Assembly (NCBI GenBank): GCA_951406725.2
Contig: OX597816.1
Location: 57,722,001 to 57,786,000, forward strand
Length of the DNA: 64,000 bases
DNA from: Octopus vulgaris
Lineage: Eukaryota
Direction of reading: 5' to 3'
The position numbers and the translations under genes were made by a program. Under the pieces are notes generated by a model. It saw nothing but the letters and a program-made list of their open reading frames with translations. It did no database searches and had not been told where the DNA came from. This document shows, piece by piece, positions 1-12,256 of the stretch (positions are counted from its first letter, which is position 1; every line of letters starts with the position of its first letter).

Positions 1-351
1 ATACGTCGGATAAGAATTATCACTGAGTATGATAATACAGACTTTATCATCATCATCATCATTATTATCGCCAACATCATCATCGTCCTCATCGTCTTAA
101 TCATCATCAATTATCTGAAATTGCATTTCTTTATCTGCTGTTTCAAAGCAGCCTTAAAACGCACTTTATATACGCGGTTTATTAATGCAACCCTTATCTT
201 TTTACAGTCGAACACACACACACACACTTTCTTAACGCGTTGATCTTCGTCGGGTCTACTTCTTGATCATCAATTCTCATTTTCTTGCAATTTCTGTACA
301 ACACTTTAAAGAGTACATATATATGCGTGTGTGTATGTATGTATGTATAAA

Positions 352-353
<2 letters not shown>

Positions 354-425
<72 letters not shown>
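354..425. repeat. (GATA)n microsatellite
   Basis: Perfect tetranucleotide run. Confidence 0.95.
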
Positions 426-428
<3 letters not shown>

Positions 429-752
429 CACAAGAGATTCGGGTTTTCGGGCAGACAGCTAGGCAAGTAGAGGGTGCTGGTCTTTCTTCATCTCTTTTCA
501 TCTCTCATTCCTCAATTTTCGGTCATCGGCTGCTGCAATTTATTCATTTGACATTGTGAAATTGCTTCCGTTTCCCCCGACTTCTGTTCCTTATTATTTC
601 CACCCTCCACCCTTTCTGCCCGACTTTCTCTCTCTTTCTTAAATACACACATACCCCCGTCTCTCTCTCTCTCTTTGTATATATATTCTCTCATAGACTT
701 CATCTTCATCATAAAATCACAGACAACACCGTATAGAACATGAGAAATAACC

Positions 753-1583
753 ATGTCTTTTTGGCAGCCATGTAACATATTGATTTCCACTCTGCGACGT
801 TTTCGTCGCTTCTTCTTCATTCTGACAGCCTTTGTTGTGATAGCTACAGTAAACCATTTCTATATGCGAACCTCTCCACCGTCTTCCATCAAAGAATTCC
901 AACCTCGTGTTACAGCCACAGAGTATCGCCTGCTCTTGAAACTTACGCGGATATTTGCCAAAGCAGTCGATACCGAAAACTTGGTTTACTTCTTATATGG
1001 TGGAAGTTTACTGGGATCGTACCGACATCACGGATTTATACCATGGGACGATGATATCGATGTCATTATGAATTCTTCACAAAAGGAAGAAATCCGTCGG
1101 GCATTATCAGCCTACGAACCAAAATATAAATTGTACGCACCTCCACATAAACAATGGAAATTCTACCGTGCTGATTCGGAAGCTTTAAAAGAAAAACCAT
1201 TCCGTTGGCCCTATATTGATATATTTTTCTTCCAGGAGGATGCAACTCACATCTGGGACGAATTTTTCTGGTATCAGTTCACTTACGTTTATGATAAAAA
1301 AAGAGTGTTTCCTTTGCAGAAACGACCATTTGACAATCTCAGCTTGCCGGCTCCTTGCGACACGGAATCCTTCCTAGGGACATATGCCGCCGATATGTGC
1401 AGAACTAATGCATTTTCGCACAAAGAGGAACGATGGTTGTACAGACAAGTGCAGCTGCCTTGCTACCAACTTCGAGACAGTTTCCCTCTCGTTCAACGAA
1501 CGAAAACAGACGATGGATGGACAGAGGTGTTATGGAACGGATCCATTGCCGTTCAATACTTTTATTCCCCGCACGCTTGTTGA
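753..1583 (+). CDS. LicD/fukutin-family nucleotidyltransferase-fold protein (type II membrane, putative Golgi phosphotransferase), paralog 1
   Basis: Intact 276-aa ORF. Basic residues precede an N-terminal hydrophobic anchor (FFFILTAFVVIATV). Carries the LicD signature YGGSLLGSYRHHGFIPWDDDIDV plus WPYIDIF and VFPL..RPF..L.AP motifs. Candidate splice acceptor (ctttttacag) ends at 207. Confidence 0.92.
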   Translation: MSFWQPCNILISTLRRFRRFFFILTAFVVIATVNHFYMRTSPPSSIKEFQPRVTATEYRLLLKLTRIFAKAVDTENLVYFLYGGSLLGSYRHHGFIPWDDDIDVIMNSSQKEEIRRALSAYEPKYKLYAPPHKQWKFYRADSEALKEKPFRWPYIDIFFFQEDATHIWDEFFWYQFTYVYDKKRVFPLQKRPFDNLSLPAPCDTESFLGTYAADMCRTNAFSHKEERWLYRQVQLPCYQLRDSFPLVQRTKTDDGWTEVLWNGSIAVQYFYSPHAC

Positions 1584-1626
1584 GGAATTAAAAAAAAAAA
1601 AAACAGCTATTGCATATTTTTGTGCA

Positions 1627-2022
1627 TTATTATTATTATTGTTGTTGTTGTTGTCGTCGTCATCATCATCATTATTATTATTACATTTCAGCAACGTTCC
1701 TTTTATTGTATGCTTTCACAGCACAGCTGGTCCCATTTCTTTCGCACGTCGACTCTGTGCAGTGTTTTGGTTCAGTTTTATATAACTTTTTGTATTCAAA
1801 GTATCCTAAGTAATATGTATACAGCGTTTTTATTATTATTATTATTATTATCATCATCATCATTATAATTATCCTTATCATCATTATTACTAGTTATCAT
1901 TATTATTGTTATCATTACTATTATTATTGTCATCATTATTATTATCATTACTATTATCATTATTATTATCATCATCATCATCATCATTATAATTATCATT
2001 ATTATCATCATCAACATTATCA

Positions 2023-2060
<38 letters not shown>
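1627..2060. repeat. Compound (ATT/ATC/GTT)n microsatellite tracts downstream of LicD paralog 1
   Basis: Trinucleotide runs interrupted by short unique sequence. Confidence 0.9.
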
Positions 2061-2061
<1 letters not shown>

Positions 2062-2062
2062 G

Positions 2063-2270
2063 AAGGCGGGCGGCGATGAGCTGGCAGAATCGTTTCTGCA
2101 TCAGGCAAAATGCTTAGAAGCATTTTGTCATTACATTCTGAGTTCAAATTCTGCTGAGGTCGACCTTACCTTTCATCCTTTTGGGGTTGATAAGTACCAG
2201 TTGAGTACTGGAGTCGATGTAATCGACTTACCCCAACTCCTTAAATTGTTGGCTTTGTGTCAAAATTTGA
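2063..2270 (+). mobile_element. SINE-like family B (~200-230 bp; ggcggcgagctggcagaa...ttctgagttcaaattccgcc...)
   Basis: Contains a B-box-like gagttcaaattcc. More than 10 similar copies occur in the window. Confidence 0.8.
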
Positions 2271-2410
2271 AATTATTATTATTATTATTGTTGTTATTAT
2301 TAAGTGCCTTGCTGTATTTATTTCTGTCCCTTTACATTCTGTTCATTCCCATACGTATTACACAAGTCCTGTTGGGATTGATTTAACTGATTGATTTCTC
2401 ATCGAAACAT

Positions 2411-2832
2411 AGGCGCAGGAGTGGCTGTGTGGTAAGTAGCTTGCTAACCAACCACATGGTTCCAGGTTCAGTCCCACTGCGTGGCATCTTGGGCAAGTGT
2501 TTTCTGCTATAGCCCCGGGCCGACCAATGCCTTGTGAGTGGATTTGGTAGACGGAAACTGAAAGAAGCCTGTCGTATATATGTATATATATATATGTGTG
2601 TATGTGTGTTTATATGTTTGTGTGTCTGTATTTGTCCCCCCAACATCGCTTGACAACCGATGCTGATGTGTTTACGTCCCCGTCACTTAGCGGTTCGGCA
2701 AAAGAGACCGATAGAATAAGTACTGGGCTTACAAAGAATAAGTCCCGGGGTCGATTTGCTCGACTAAAGGCGGTGCTCCAGCATGGCCGCAGTCAAATGA
2801 CTGAAACAAGTAAAAGAGTAAAGAGTAAGAGT
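2411..2832 (+). mobile_element. tRNA-derived SINE family A (~420 bp, internal TA/TG microsatellite)
   Basis: A-box-like tggctgtgtgg, B-box-like ggttcagtccc and an (aaagagt)-type tail. Near-identical copies occur throughout the window. Confidence 0.9.
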
Positions 2833-3295
2833 ATACTAGTGTTCCCATGTTCGAAAATTATTATTATTGCAATGCCAGAGAAAATTGCTAAGTCACTTTC
2901 ATCGTCCGTCACTACATTCCATGAAATCAACTTTGTCTTTCATCCTTTCAGGGTCAATAAAATTAAATTGACCCCAGCCCAAGCAATGGGGTCGATTACA
3001 TTGACATACCCCCTCCTCCTAAATTTCAGGCTATGTGCCTGTATTAGAAGGAATTATTGTTGCTGTTGTTACAGCATCTTTGGTCAGCTGTCCAAAAACC
3101 AGTGGACTCCGTTAATGCTCTCCATCCAGCTTTTAAGGACCCTTCTTCAGAGAAATCGTGCAGTTCTTAAGCAACGCTGTTTTTCTTCACATATACCCTC
3201 ATCCTTTTCAATCCAGTTTTTCAGCCTGGTCCATACAGTACCCAAGGCTCTTTCAATTACGGGTACAACATTCACCTTACTCAATGACCAAAGTC

Positions 3296-3715
3296 TTACT
3301 CTTTTACTCTTTTATTTGTTTCAGTCATTTGACGGCGGCCATGCTGGAGCACCGCCTTTAGTCGAACAAATTGACCCCGGGACTTATTCTTTGTAAGCCT
3401 AGTATTTATTCTATTGGTCTCTTTTGCCGAACCGCTAAATGACGGGGACATAAACACACCAGCATTGGTTGTCAGGCGATGTTGGGGGACACACAGACAC
3501 ACAAACATATACACACATACACAAATATATATATATACATATACATATATACGACGGGCTTCTTTCAGTTTCTGTTTACCAAATCCACTCACAAGGCTTT
3601 GGTCGGCCTGAAGCTATAGTAGAAGACACTTGCCCAAGGTGCCACGCAGTGGGACTGAACCCGGAACCATGTGGTTGGTAAGCAAGCTACTTACCACACA
3701 GCCACTTCTGCGCCT
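3296..3715 (-). mobile_element. SINE family A, full length, inverted relative to 2411-2832
   Basis: Reverse complement of the 2411-2832 copy. Confidence 0.9.
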
Positions 3716-3824
3716 ATGTTTTTTTTTTTTTTATCTCCCATTTCAAATCGTCATATATGCCCTGCTGTTCTTCTTTTCTTTCCGATACTCTCTCATCACC
3801 AGGCTATGCAATATTAAACAAGTT

Positions 3825-3925
3825 TTACATTATTTACATTATTTACATTTGACAGATATTTGTCCTCATCTTGTTTGTTGTTAACACAACATTTCGGCTG
3901 ATATACCCCCAACCTCAGGTGGAAT
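3825..3925 (-). mobile_element. Penelope-like terminal fragment with a partial hammerhead (same family as 44790-44930)
   Basis: Reverse complement reads ...gtatatcagccgaaatgttgtgttaacaacaaacaagatgaggacaaat..., matching 44860-44930. Confidence 0.6.
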
Positions 3926-4378
3926 TTCATCTGTCGCTACATTCTGAGTTCAAATTCCACCGAGGTCGATTTTGACTTTCATCCTTTCGGGGTTGATAAA
4001 TTAAGTACCAATGAAAGACTAGGGTCGATTACATCGACTCATCCCTACTCCCCACAAATTTTGTAGAAATTATTATTATTATCATTATTACGGCGACGAA
4101 ATTTGAACTCAGAACGTAAACACGGATGAAGTACTGCTGTCAACAACTGTTAAGAAAAGCAATATCAATCACATTCTTATTCTTTGACTTGCTTAGTGGC
4201 ATTTTGTTCGTCTTTACGTTCTGAGTTCAAATTCCGCCAAGGTTGACTTTGCCCTTCATCCTTCGGAGATTGATAAAATAAGTATCAGTTGAACACTTGG
4301 TTGATGTAATCAATTAACTCCCTTCCTGCCAAATTCAAGGTCTCTTGCCTATAATAGAAAGGATTATTATTATTATTA

Positions 4379-4409
<31 letters not shown>

Positions 4410-4507
4410 CATTAGTATTATACAGTGGTCACATGTTTTCACTGCACTACCGAGTGCAGCTTTGTGTGTCTTGGGTATGTGCTGTGTATTTTTGGGATGC
4501 TCTAACT

Positions 4508-6847
4508 GGGGTTTTCCAAAAATCCACCCAGGGCTTTTAATTGGAAAATTCTGTTTTACAAAACTATTTTTTGGCTTAAATAACCACCCACTTATACCAT
4601 GGGTGGTAATATGGAAGTAAAATATTTCACCTAGGAAAAACAAAGATATTCTCAAAAACCATATTTATTTTATACAATTCCATTGAATTTCTATCGTTTC
4701 AGTTATCAGATATACAGATATAAAGAAACTGAAACAGCCTTAAAAGAAGTAGCATATTAAAAAAAATATTCTGAAGTTAACTATGGATCCATTAGGAAAT
4801 ATTGAAAAGTAAACTGTTGGAAACATGAATAGAAGCCTCATATGAACAAATAATGTCCTTGGGCATTTATGGTAGGATAATAACCAAAGAGTTTCAAGTT
4901 AAATGTCACGACTTTCTTCATTTGTTGCTTGGCCATAATTCACATCAGAGCTAATTTCACTTGTATCTTATCTTCTTCTTCAATTTTTCCATTAATGTGC
5001 ATCTGGCACATTTACCTCAAGGCCAGACAAAACATCCTGTCAGTGTGAGTTTAAGAGGCTGTGTTCTACAGTCTGTCCATGAGGAGCAATTCCACAACAT
5101 TCAAAAGCACACTTTATAGTTTCTTTATTTAAAGTGGCAACAGCTTGGGTCACCATCTCTAGACAATAAGGTTTTCTGCGATATCCTTTAGTTGTATACT
5201 CCTTTTTGCCATTTGAAAACCAATTCTCCCATTCAGCACAAAGAGCTTTCTAGAAAGGACCAATAATTGATACATCTGACAGCTGCAACTAAGATGTTGT
5301 TTTAGGAGGAATAAGTTTAAGAATTGTATTCCTACATTTGAACACTTCTAGGAGCTCTGATTTTCTTGTGCACTGAACATTCATCATATGAATAGCACTG
5401 AATTTTGAGCATGGAATAGTTGTGCTGTTCTCTGCCCAAACACTTTGTTAGCCCACAGCTGCATGAGTTCATATGTGATTGATCCCCTGTTGGAGACTGT
5501 TAAATAAATATTCTTTGGGACCTTGATTTTAGGCACGTTTTTCAATCCTTTAAGGATAATCATTGTTTTCAACACCTTTCCTGCGGCATTAACACACAGC
5601 ACACCAGTTAAACAAGCTTTGGTAGCACCACTGTGGCTAGCACCTACATTTTTATTGCCAGCAAAGTCTATGGTTATTGAACTCAACATGTCAACATATA
5701 CAGGTGTTTCATCCATATTATAAATCTGGTCAGCATCCTTATCTGCTGTTAATACTGGAATGCTATCTAGATAATCACTGGCAATTTGTACCTTTTCTGT
5801 AAGTGTTTTATTGTCTGCTTAACTAACATGTGTAATCTTTCTCAGAGTCAGTTTAATCCATTTTATGAAATTGAAAATCCGGCATCCAGCCGTAGAAACA
5901 TTGCCAGATCAAACTGGGCCTGGTGCAGCCTTCTGGCTTCCCAGACCCCAGTTGAACCATCCAACCCATGCTAGCATGGAAAGCAGATGCTAAACGATGA
6001 TGATGATGATGATGATCTATCAAAAAATCTAAAGCTGTTCATTTCAATTCCAAACCTTTTTACCAATTCAAAAGTATATTCCCTTAAACAGCGATAATTT
6101 ACAATTATATAGTTTACACACTAAACAACAATCCACTGTGAGAGTTCAAACTCTAGATCCCTATATGCTGGTCCTCTCCCTCCACCAACTGATCTACACC
6201 TCCTTTTGTCTGACATATTGATTAACTCAGTTTCTATTGTGTACCATTCTCTCAATCCTTTTCTATCAATACCTGTCTCTTGACGCAGAAGATAAATTGC
6301 CAGAATGTTCTTTCACTTGTTTAATAGCACTCAATTTTTCAATAATGGTATATGATCATTGAATACGTTTTGATATATTTTCTTTCAACTTCATTATTGG
6401 GAATAAAAATCCTTTAAATTTATCTGTAAACATAGAGAAAATGAACATCTAAGCAGAATACAAACAAGAACACTAACTCTGTTTCAATTTTTAACCCACA
6501 AATAACCGATCATCCAAATAAACGCACATGGGTGATCTAATGGATGGGCGGATTTTCGGAAAACCCATGTACAGGGATTCCCCGACTTGCGCGAAATTCG
6601 ACTTGTGTGAAATTCGACTTTTGATACCGAGTGTTCACGTTGCGATTGTTGTAAAAATATTTATTATCCATGGTTGCATTTCCTTGTCTGTTATCTTTCT
6701 CCAAGTGTTTCTTTAATATAACAATATTTAGCAGTTGTCCCAGAAAATATTTATAGAAAACAATATCTGGTACTTGACTTGCGCGAATTTTGAATTGTAC
6801 ATCCCCCAATTACTCGCGCAAGTCGAGGAATCCCTGTATTTTTACCG
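4508..6847 (-). mobile_element. Decayed pogo/Tigger-family DNA transposon (DDE_1 transposase pseudogene)
   Basis: ORF 5384-5716 begins MDETP and continues T.VLCVNAAG. A downstream QLSDVSIIGPF resembles QPLDV..GPF, and upstream YRDLEFELSQWIV is CENP-B-like. TIR remnant gggttttccaaaaatccaccc (4509) is inverted against 6546-6566. Confidence 0.75.
6572..6836. mobile_element. Tc1/pogo-type MITE with ~23-bp TIRs and TA target duplication
   Basis: TA|cagggattccccgacttgcgcga ... tcgcgcaagtcgaggaatccctg|TA (one mismatch). Confidence 0.85.
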
Positions 6848-9321
6848 TAGGATGTGTGCGGTGCCTAAAAGTGTTCTTTTCTGTATGTTATATATACTCG
6901 TAAGTCTTGGTGTATTGGTTATGTATTTGTCTGAATGTTTTCTTTTATCAAAGCTAATGCACCTACTATTATTGAGATTGTTTTTGTTTTAGGCTCCACA
7001 TTCGAGTTACCTCTATTTCCAGATCTTTGTACTTTGAGAGTTTCTCCATGTCTCTTAGAGAAACATTGCCATCTGTTGGTACTGATAAATCGATTAGAAG
7101 GCATTCGTTTTCTTAGTGATCTCTGACAACTATATCCGGCCTATTGGCCTTGATTTCTCTATCTGTGCGTATTGGCATGGTTGCTTTGATTTTCTGAGAC
7201 CTTTTCTGGTGTGTGCCTATACCATCTTTTTTTCTCTTGTCATTCCATAGTGTTGGCATGGCTTCCAGTGTATATAGGTTCCAGAACTGGGCAGCCAGAG
7301 ACAATATGATTTATTATTTCTTCTCCATCTCCACATATTCTGCAGTTAGTTGTATTTTTCTTTCAGTACGTTTTTGGTAATTTCTGGTGGGAAGGCTTTG
7401 ATCTTGTGCTGCAATTAAAAATCCTTCAGTCTCTACTTTGAGTCCTGAGCTTCTCAGTCATTGCTGGGATTTTACTTTGTCTATTTCTTTTCTGTTTTGT
7501 TTATCCCAATATCTGCCATCTAAGATCTTTTCTTGCCATCATTTTATCATGATACTTCATTGTTCCGGTTTTAATTTGGATTTCAGTTGTTTTACCATTT
7601 TTTATTGCTGCTTCTTTTTCTTCGTAGTTGTCAGGTGCTATGAATTCTTTCTTGTATTTTTCACTTTCCTTAAAAACAGAAAACAGCTTTTTTGTTTTGC
7701 TCATATTTTGTGGCTTTTTGAGTTAGTTTTCCTTAGTTCTGATTTAGATATTCCTGTAATCCTATAGTGGTTATTTCATAATAGTTTCCTAGCTGTATAA
7801 GGCCTCTACCACCTACAATTCATTGTATATATAACCTTTCTATGTCAGATTTTGAGTGGCACTGCTTAAATTCTGTCATTATTTTTCTTGTTTTCCTGTC
7901 TAGTTTGGTTAGTTCAATTAAGAATATTGTAACTGTAGCTTATAACTGGGACAGTTATAAGCCACAGTTTTTTGCATTGAGCTCTGTTTTAAGTATTAAT
8001 CTAACTTGTTTATTATATACCTTCCTTAAAACCTTCTCTTTCATTTATGTGTTGTACCATATCTAGTTCATTGATTCCTAAGTATTTGTATGTCTGGCTT
8101 TGGTCTAATTCTCTTATTCCATTTACTTTATCTAGTGTAATATTGTTACTCTTAACTAGTTTTCCTCTTTTCAAGGTTGGTTTGGAACATATTTCTAAGC
8201 TGAATTTCATGTTTATTTCTTTGCTAAATCCATGCACTGCCAATAATAATGATTCCAATTGCATATCATTTGCAGTATACAGTTTTAGATCATCCGTATA
8301 CAAGAGATGTTTCATGGTTTTACCGTAACAGTTGTATCCACATCTAGTTCTGTTTAGCATGTCAGCTAAAGGTGTTGGTGTCAAACAGAAAAGGAAAGGA
8401 GAGAGCGAGTCTCCTTGGACTTTCTCTTCTAATGGGTATAACTTTAGTTTTGTGATTCCCTCTTTTGCCTGAAGTTGCAATACTGTTTGCCATTTATTCA
8501 TGGCATGTTTATATATTTTATTATTGTTGGTGCTACCTTCTTCATGAGTAGTGTTTCCAAAATCCATGTGTGAGGAATACTGTCAAAAGCCTTTTGATAA
8601 TCGATCCAAACCATGCATAGACCCTTCTTTTTCTTTCGGCTGTCTTCAGTTATGGCTTTATTGATCAATAACTGATCTTTACAGGCACAATGAGTCTTCA
8701 CAGCATCCTTTCCACTCTTCCGGAAACAAGTTATTTTCTTCCAGATATTTGTCCATTGCAGTTAAGGTTTTGTAAGTTGTAGGGAGACATTTTATGGGTC
8801 TGTAGTTTTGTGGGTTTGTCATTCCAGTATTTTAGGATGGTCTTCCCTTCTGTGAGCCATTCAGGTGTTGTCTCTGGCTCTGCTAGCATCCCTTTGAATT
8901 TCTTAGCCAGCATCTTATGTATCCCTGTTAAATATTTTAGCCAGAAACTGGGGATCTTGTCGTGCTTGGATGCCGTCCAATTGCATAGTTTTGGTGCTTG
9001 GGTGCTCTCTTCAGTTGTTACAGGTGACCAGAGTTGTTCAGGTGCTGTGTTTGATGTTTTAATAGATTTTTTTCTGGGATTGTTTCTTCACCGACCATAT
9101 TTCTTTCCAAAATTTTCCCACTTCTTCTGCTGTTGGTGCTGCATTGATTTCTATTTTATTTTTACCAAATTCTTAGTAGAAGCGTTTTGGATAGGAGTTG
9201 AACTATTTGTTTAGTTCAAAGAATCATTGGCATTTCTCATACCGACAAATTATTTGCACTTTGGTGGGGACATCTTCCTTTCGCTGTTCTTTTACCTCAG
9301 GTATACCTTGTTCTCTTAGGT

Positions 9322-9549
9322 GGCGAGCTGGCAGACACATTTGCGCGCCAGGCAAAATGCTTAGCGGTATTTCTTCTGCTCTTACGTTCTGAGTTCAAAT
9401 TCCGCCGAGGTCGACTTTGCCTTTCATCCTTTTGGGGTCGATAAATAAAGTACCAGTTTCACACTGGGGTTGATGTAATTGACTTAATCCTTCTGTCTGT
9501 CCTTGTTTGTCCCCTCTATGTTTAGCCCCTTGAGGGCAATAAAGAAATA
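9322..9549 (+). mobile_element. SINE-like family B with 20-bp target-site duplication
   Basis: tataccttgttctcttaggt at 9302-9321 and 9550-9569. Confidence 0.9.
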
Positions 9550-10519
9550 TATACCTTGTTCTCTTAGGTTTGCATTTCTGTAGTATTTTCTTACTTTCTT
9601 GTTGCTTTATTTCATTAAGGATTGACAGATCCTTTCTTTTATTTTCTATTTCTTTTATTTATGTTATTTATCCATAGCATTTGTTTAGGTTGTGATACTC
9701 CTATCTGAATGGATTTGAGGGAGTATCCAATTTCTTTCCTGGTCACAAAGGCTGCTACATATATTATTTCATTTAGTGTGGTCGTATTAACATTTGTTTC
9801 TGTTGCAATTAGTTCTGTGACGGCCAAGTTTATGTTATTTATTATTGTTGCTGTCTTATTATCAACTTTAGTTTTGGAGAGGTACAATCACTGCTCTATA
9901 CCAAGTTCTATGACTTTTAATTCCTTGAGTAGACTCATTTTAAAAATATCATAATCATGGTTTCCAGTTTTTAGGTTGGTTCCGCATTCCTCCCCCTTTA
10001 TACTTTTGTCTGTGGTTTTCTGCATTTTGGCCATCATTTTTGTTGCACATGTTACATCTATCTTCGTCTTCTACAGTCCTAGTACTTATCTAAATACTCG
10101 GTACTCTTCTGTTGACACTATTTGCGTTTTCACGATGTATTTTTCTTTTAAGTGCTCTATTTCGATTTCTGGTTCTTTTTTTCTTTACACAATGTATCTC
10201 CTTATTTTGGATAGTTTGTTACGGTTCATCGGTATATCCAAATCCGGGTTATTTTTCTTCCAGACTTTATATGTATATGTTGTGTTTCCGTTCTGTGGGT
10301 AGAGCACTACTGTGGAATAAGCATGTAGGATAGAAATATATTCCTCTTATGTCTATTTATGTTTTTTTGACTTTATTTTGTGGGACATGAGGAATAATGT
10401 CCGGCCCTTTATTTTGATGGTCATCATTTTCATAGGGTACCAGTCTGATCATTTCTGGTGTTAAATGGTTTTCCATACATTTTTGCGATTTTTTGTACAT
10501 TTTGTGTAATAAGTTTAAA

Positions 10520-10985
10520 GTACGTGGCAAGACTTCCTTTTGTACCCCCACCAAAACCCCACCTTTTTATGTTTTTAAAATTTTTTTTGACATAAACCCC
10601 CATTTTTGGCTACAGAGAATACAAATCTGCAAAAAATTTGGCAAAAATTGGCATTTTGAAATCCACCCCCCCTCATAATTTCTTCATTTTTTTAATGATT
10701 TTCAGAAATATTTTTTCAAAATATGTGGAAAAATATGGAGATTATGAATCTGAAAAAAATTTCCAAAAATCTTTGTTGTTAGGATTAGGGTTAGGGTTTT
10801 AGTGTTAGGGATTTTAGGGTTAGGGAAAAAGTCAAAAATGAAGAAATTAGGGGAGGGTGTGAAATTTCAAAATGCCGATTTTTGGCAATTTTCCGGATTC
10901 TCCGTATCCAAAAACGGAGGTTTTTGGAAAAAAAAAAAATTGGGAGGAAATGGGGTAGGGGATGAGAGGAAGTCTTTCCAAGTAC
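10520..10985. mobile_element. Foldback/MITE with long imperfect TIRs and central degenerate (TTAGGG)n
   Basis: Termini gtacgtggcaagacttcc ... ggaagtctttccaagtac, internal arms complementary, ttagggttaggg units at ~10779-10825. Confidence 0.7.
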
Positions 10986-11880
10986 ACACTTCCCATTTGC
11001 TATCCTTGGGCTTGAATAATATGGGTATTATTTCATTTCTTTTTCATTTTTTTTTTTGTGTAGGATGGTCTGATGTTGTGTGAGTGATGGAGATGGTACA
11101 CAGTTATAATACAGCTTTTCATTTGGAAAATAGAAATAAATTTTATGAGTATTAGTTATTCAGACCAACACTTCGTCTGTTATTTTAGGTTTCACTTGTT
11201 TTTTATTCCTGATGTTTTTAGATAGATTTCAAAGCAATGTTTTATCGTTCACATATTAAACGTCCCTGGTACTCTATTATTATTATTATCATTATCATCA
11301 TCATTTAAGGTGGTGAGCTGGCAGAATCATTAGCACACTGGGCAAAATTCTTAACAGTATTTCGTCCGTCTTCACATTCTGAGTTCAAATTCAGGTGAGG
11401 TCAGCTTTGCCTTTCAGCGTCGATGAAATAGGTATCAGTTATGCGTTATGCACTGGAATTGGTGTAATCGACTTACCCCCCACCACCACAAACACACACA
11501 AATTTCAGGCCTTGTGTCGAGAGTAGAAAGGATTATTATTATTATTTTTGTTGTTCAGTCTCAGCTCACACTTCCCAAGAAATCCGAGTCAAATACAAGT
11601 GATCAATAAAACACAAGATACTCGTTTCTATGAAGAGAGATGCCAAACATCTCTGGAAATATACAGCCCTACTACAATGGTTTGGTTTATTTTGAAAATA
11701 TCCATGAATTTAGAGGGATTCAATGAAATAACCAGAGGTGTTTTGAAGTAACTGGCCTTCGAAGTCCCATACAGTATGCAGCAGAAAAACCTCCCATATT
11801 TTACACAGCCATTGGTGTGGCACTAATAAAGCCAGGCATGTTATATTATAATCTCAAGTAGCTAATGTATTCCCATTTGT

Positions 11881-12256
11881 TTACTCTTGTACTTGTTTCA
11901 GTTATTTGACTGTGGCCATGCTGGAGCACCACCTTTAGTCGAACGAATCGACCCCAGGATTTATTCTTTGTAAGCCTAGTACTTATTCTATCGTTCTGTT
12001 TTGCCAAATTGCTACGTTACGGGGACGTAAACACATCAACATCAGCAGTTAAGCAATGGGTAGGGGACAAACACAAACACACACATATATATATACAACA
12101 GACTTATTTCAGTTTCCATCTACCAAATTCACTCACAAGGCTTTGGTTGGCCTGAGGTTATAGTAGCAGACACTTGCCCAAGGTACCACACAGTGGGACT
12201 GAACCCAGGAACGTGGTTAGGAAGCAAGTTTCTTACCACACAGCCATGCTGTGCCT
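11881..12256 (-). mobile_element. SINE family A (diverged)
   Basis: Similarity to the other family A copies. Confidence 0.8.

Larger units (their letters stand above)
4420..11275 (-). mobile_element. Degenerate R4/Dong-like RLE-type non-LTR retrotransposon with nested insertions
   Basis: Minus-strand RT motifs WIDYQKAFDSIPH, QGDSLSPFLFCL, HLLYTDDLKLY and TYKYLGI. RLE motifs ANRPDIVV, KYKDLEIEVTRMW and LLGTAHILR. Many frameshifts. (TAA)n tracts lie at both inferred ends (4363-4420, 11275-11305). The outer boundaries are inferred. Confidence 0.75.

Noticed and set aside
753-1583. Bacterial contamination or recent horizontal transfer of licD
   Set aside because: The gene is embedded in animal SINEs and microsatellites, has a eukaryote-style type II anchor and luminal cysteines, and shows no lic operon context. 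An ancient origin cannot be judged without a phylogeny.
2411-2485. SINE heads as functional tRNA genes (also 44094 and 46597)
   Set aside because: They have incomplete cloverleaves, run on into repeat bodies and lack a Pol III terminator right after the head.
2596-3396. 266-aa ORF and similar MTTDAGVFTSP / MLGGQTQTH ORFs
   Set aside because: These are translations of SINE family A that recur at every copy, with no protein domain.
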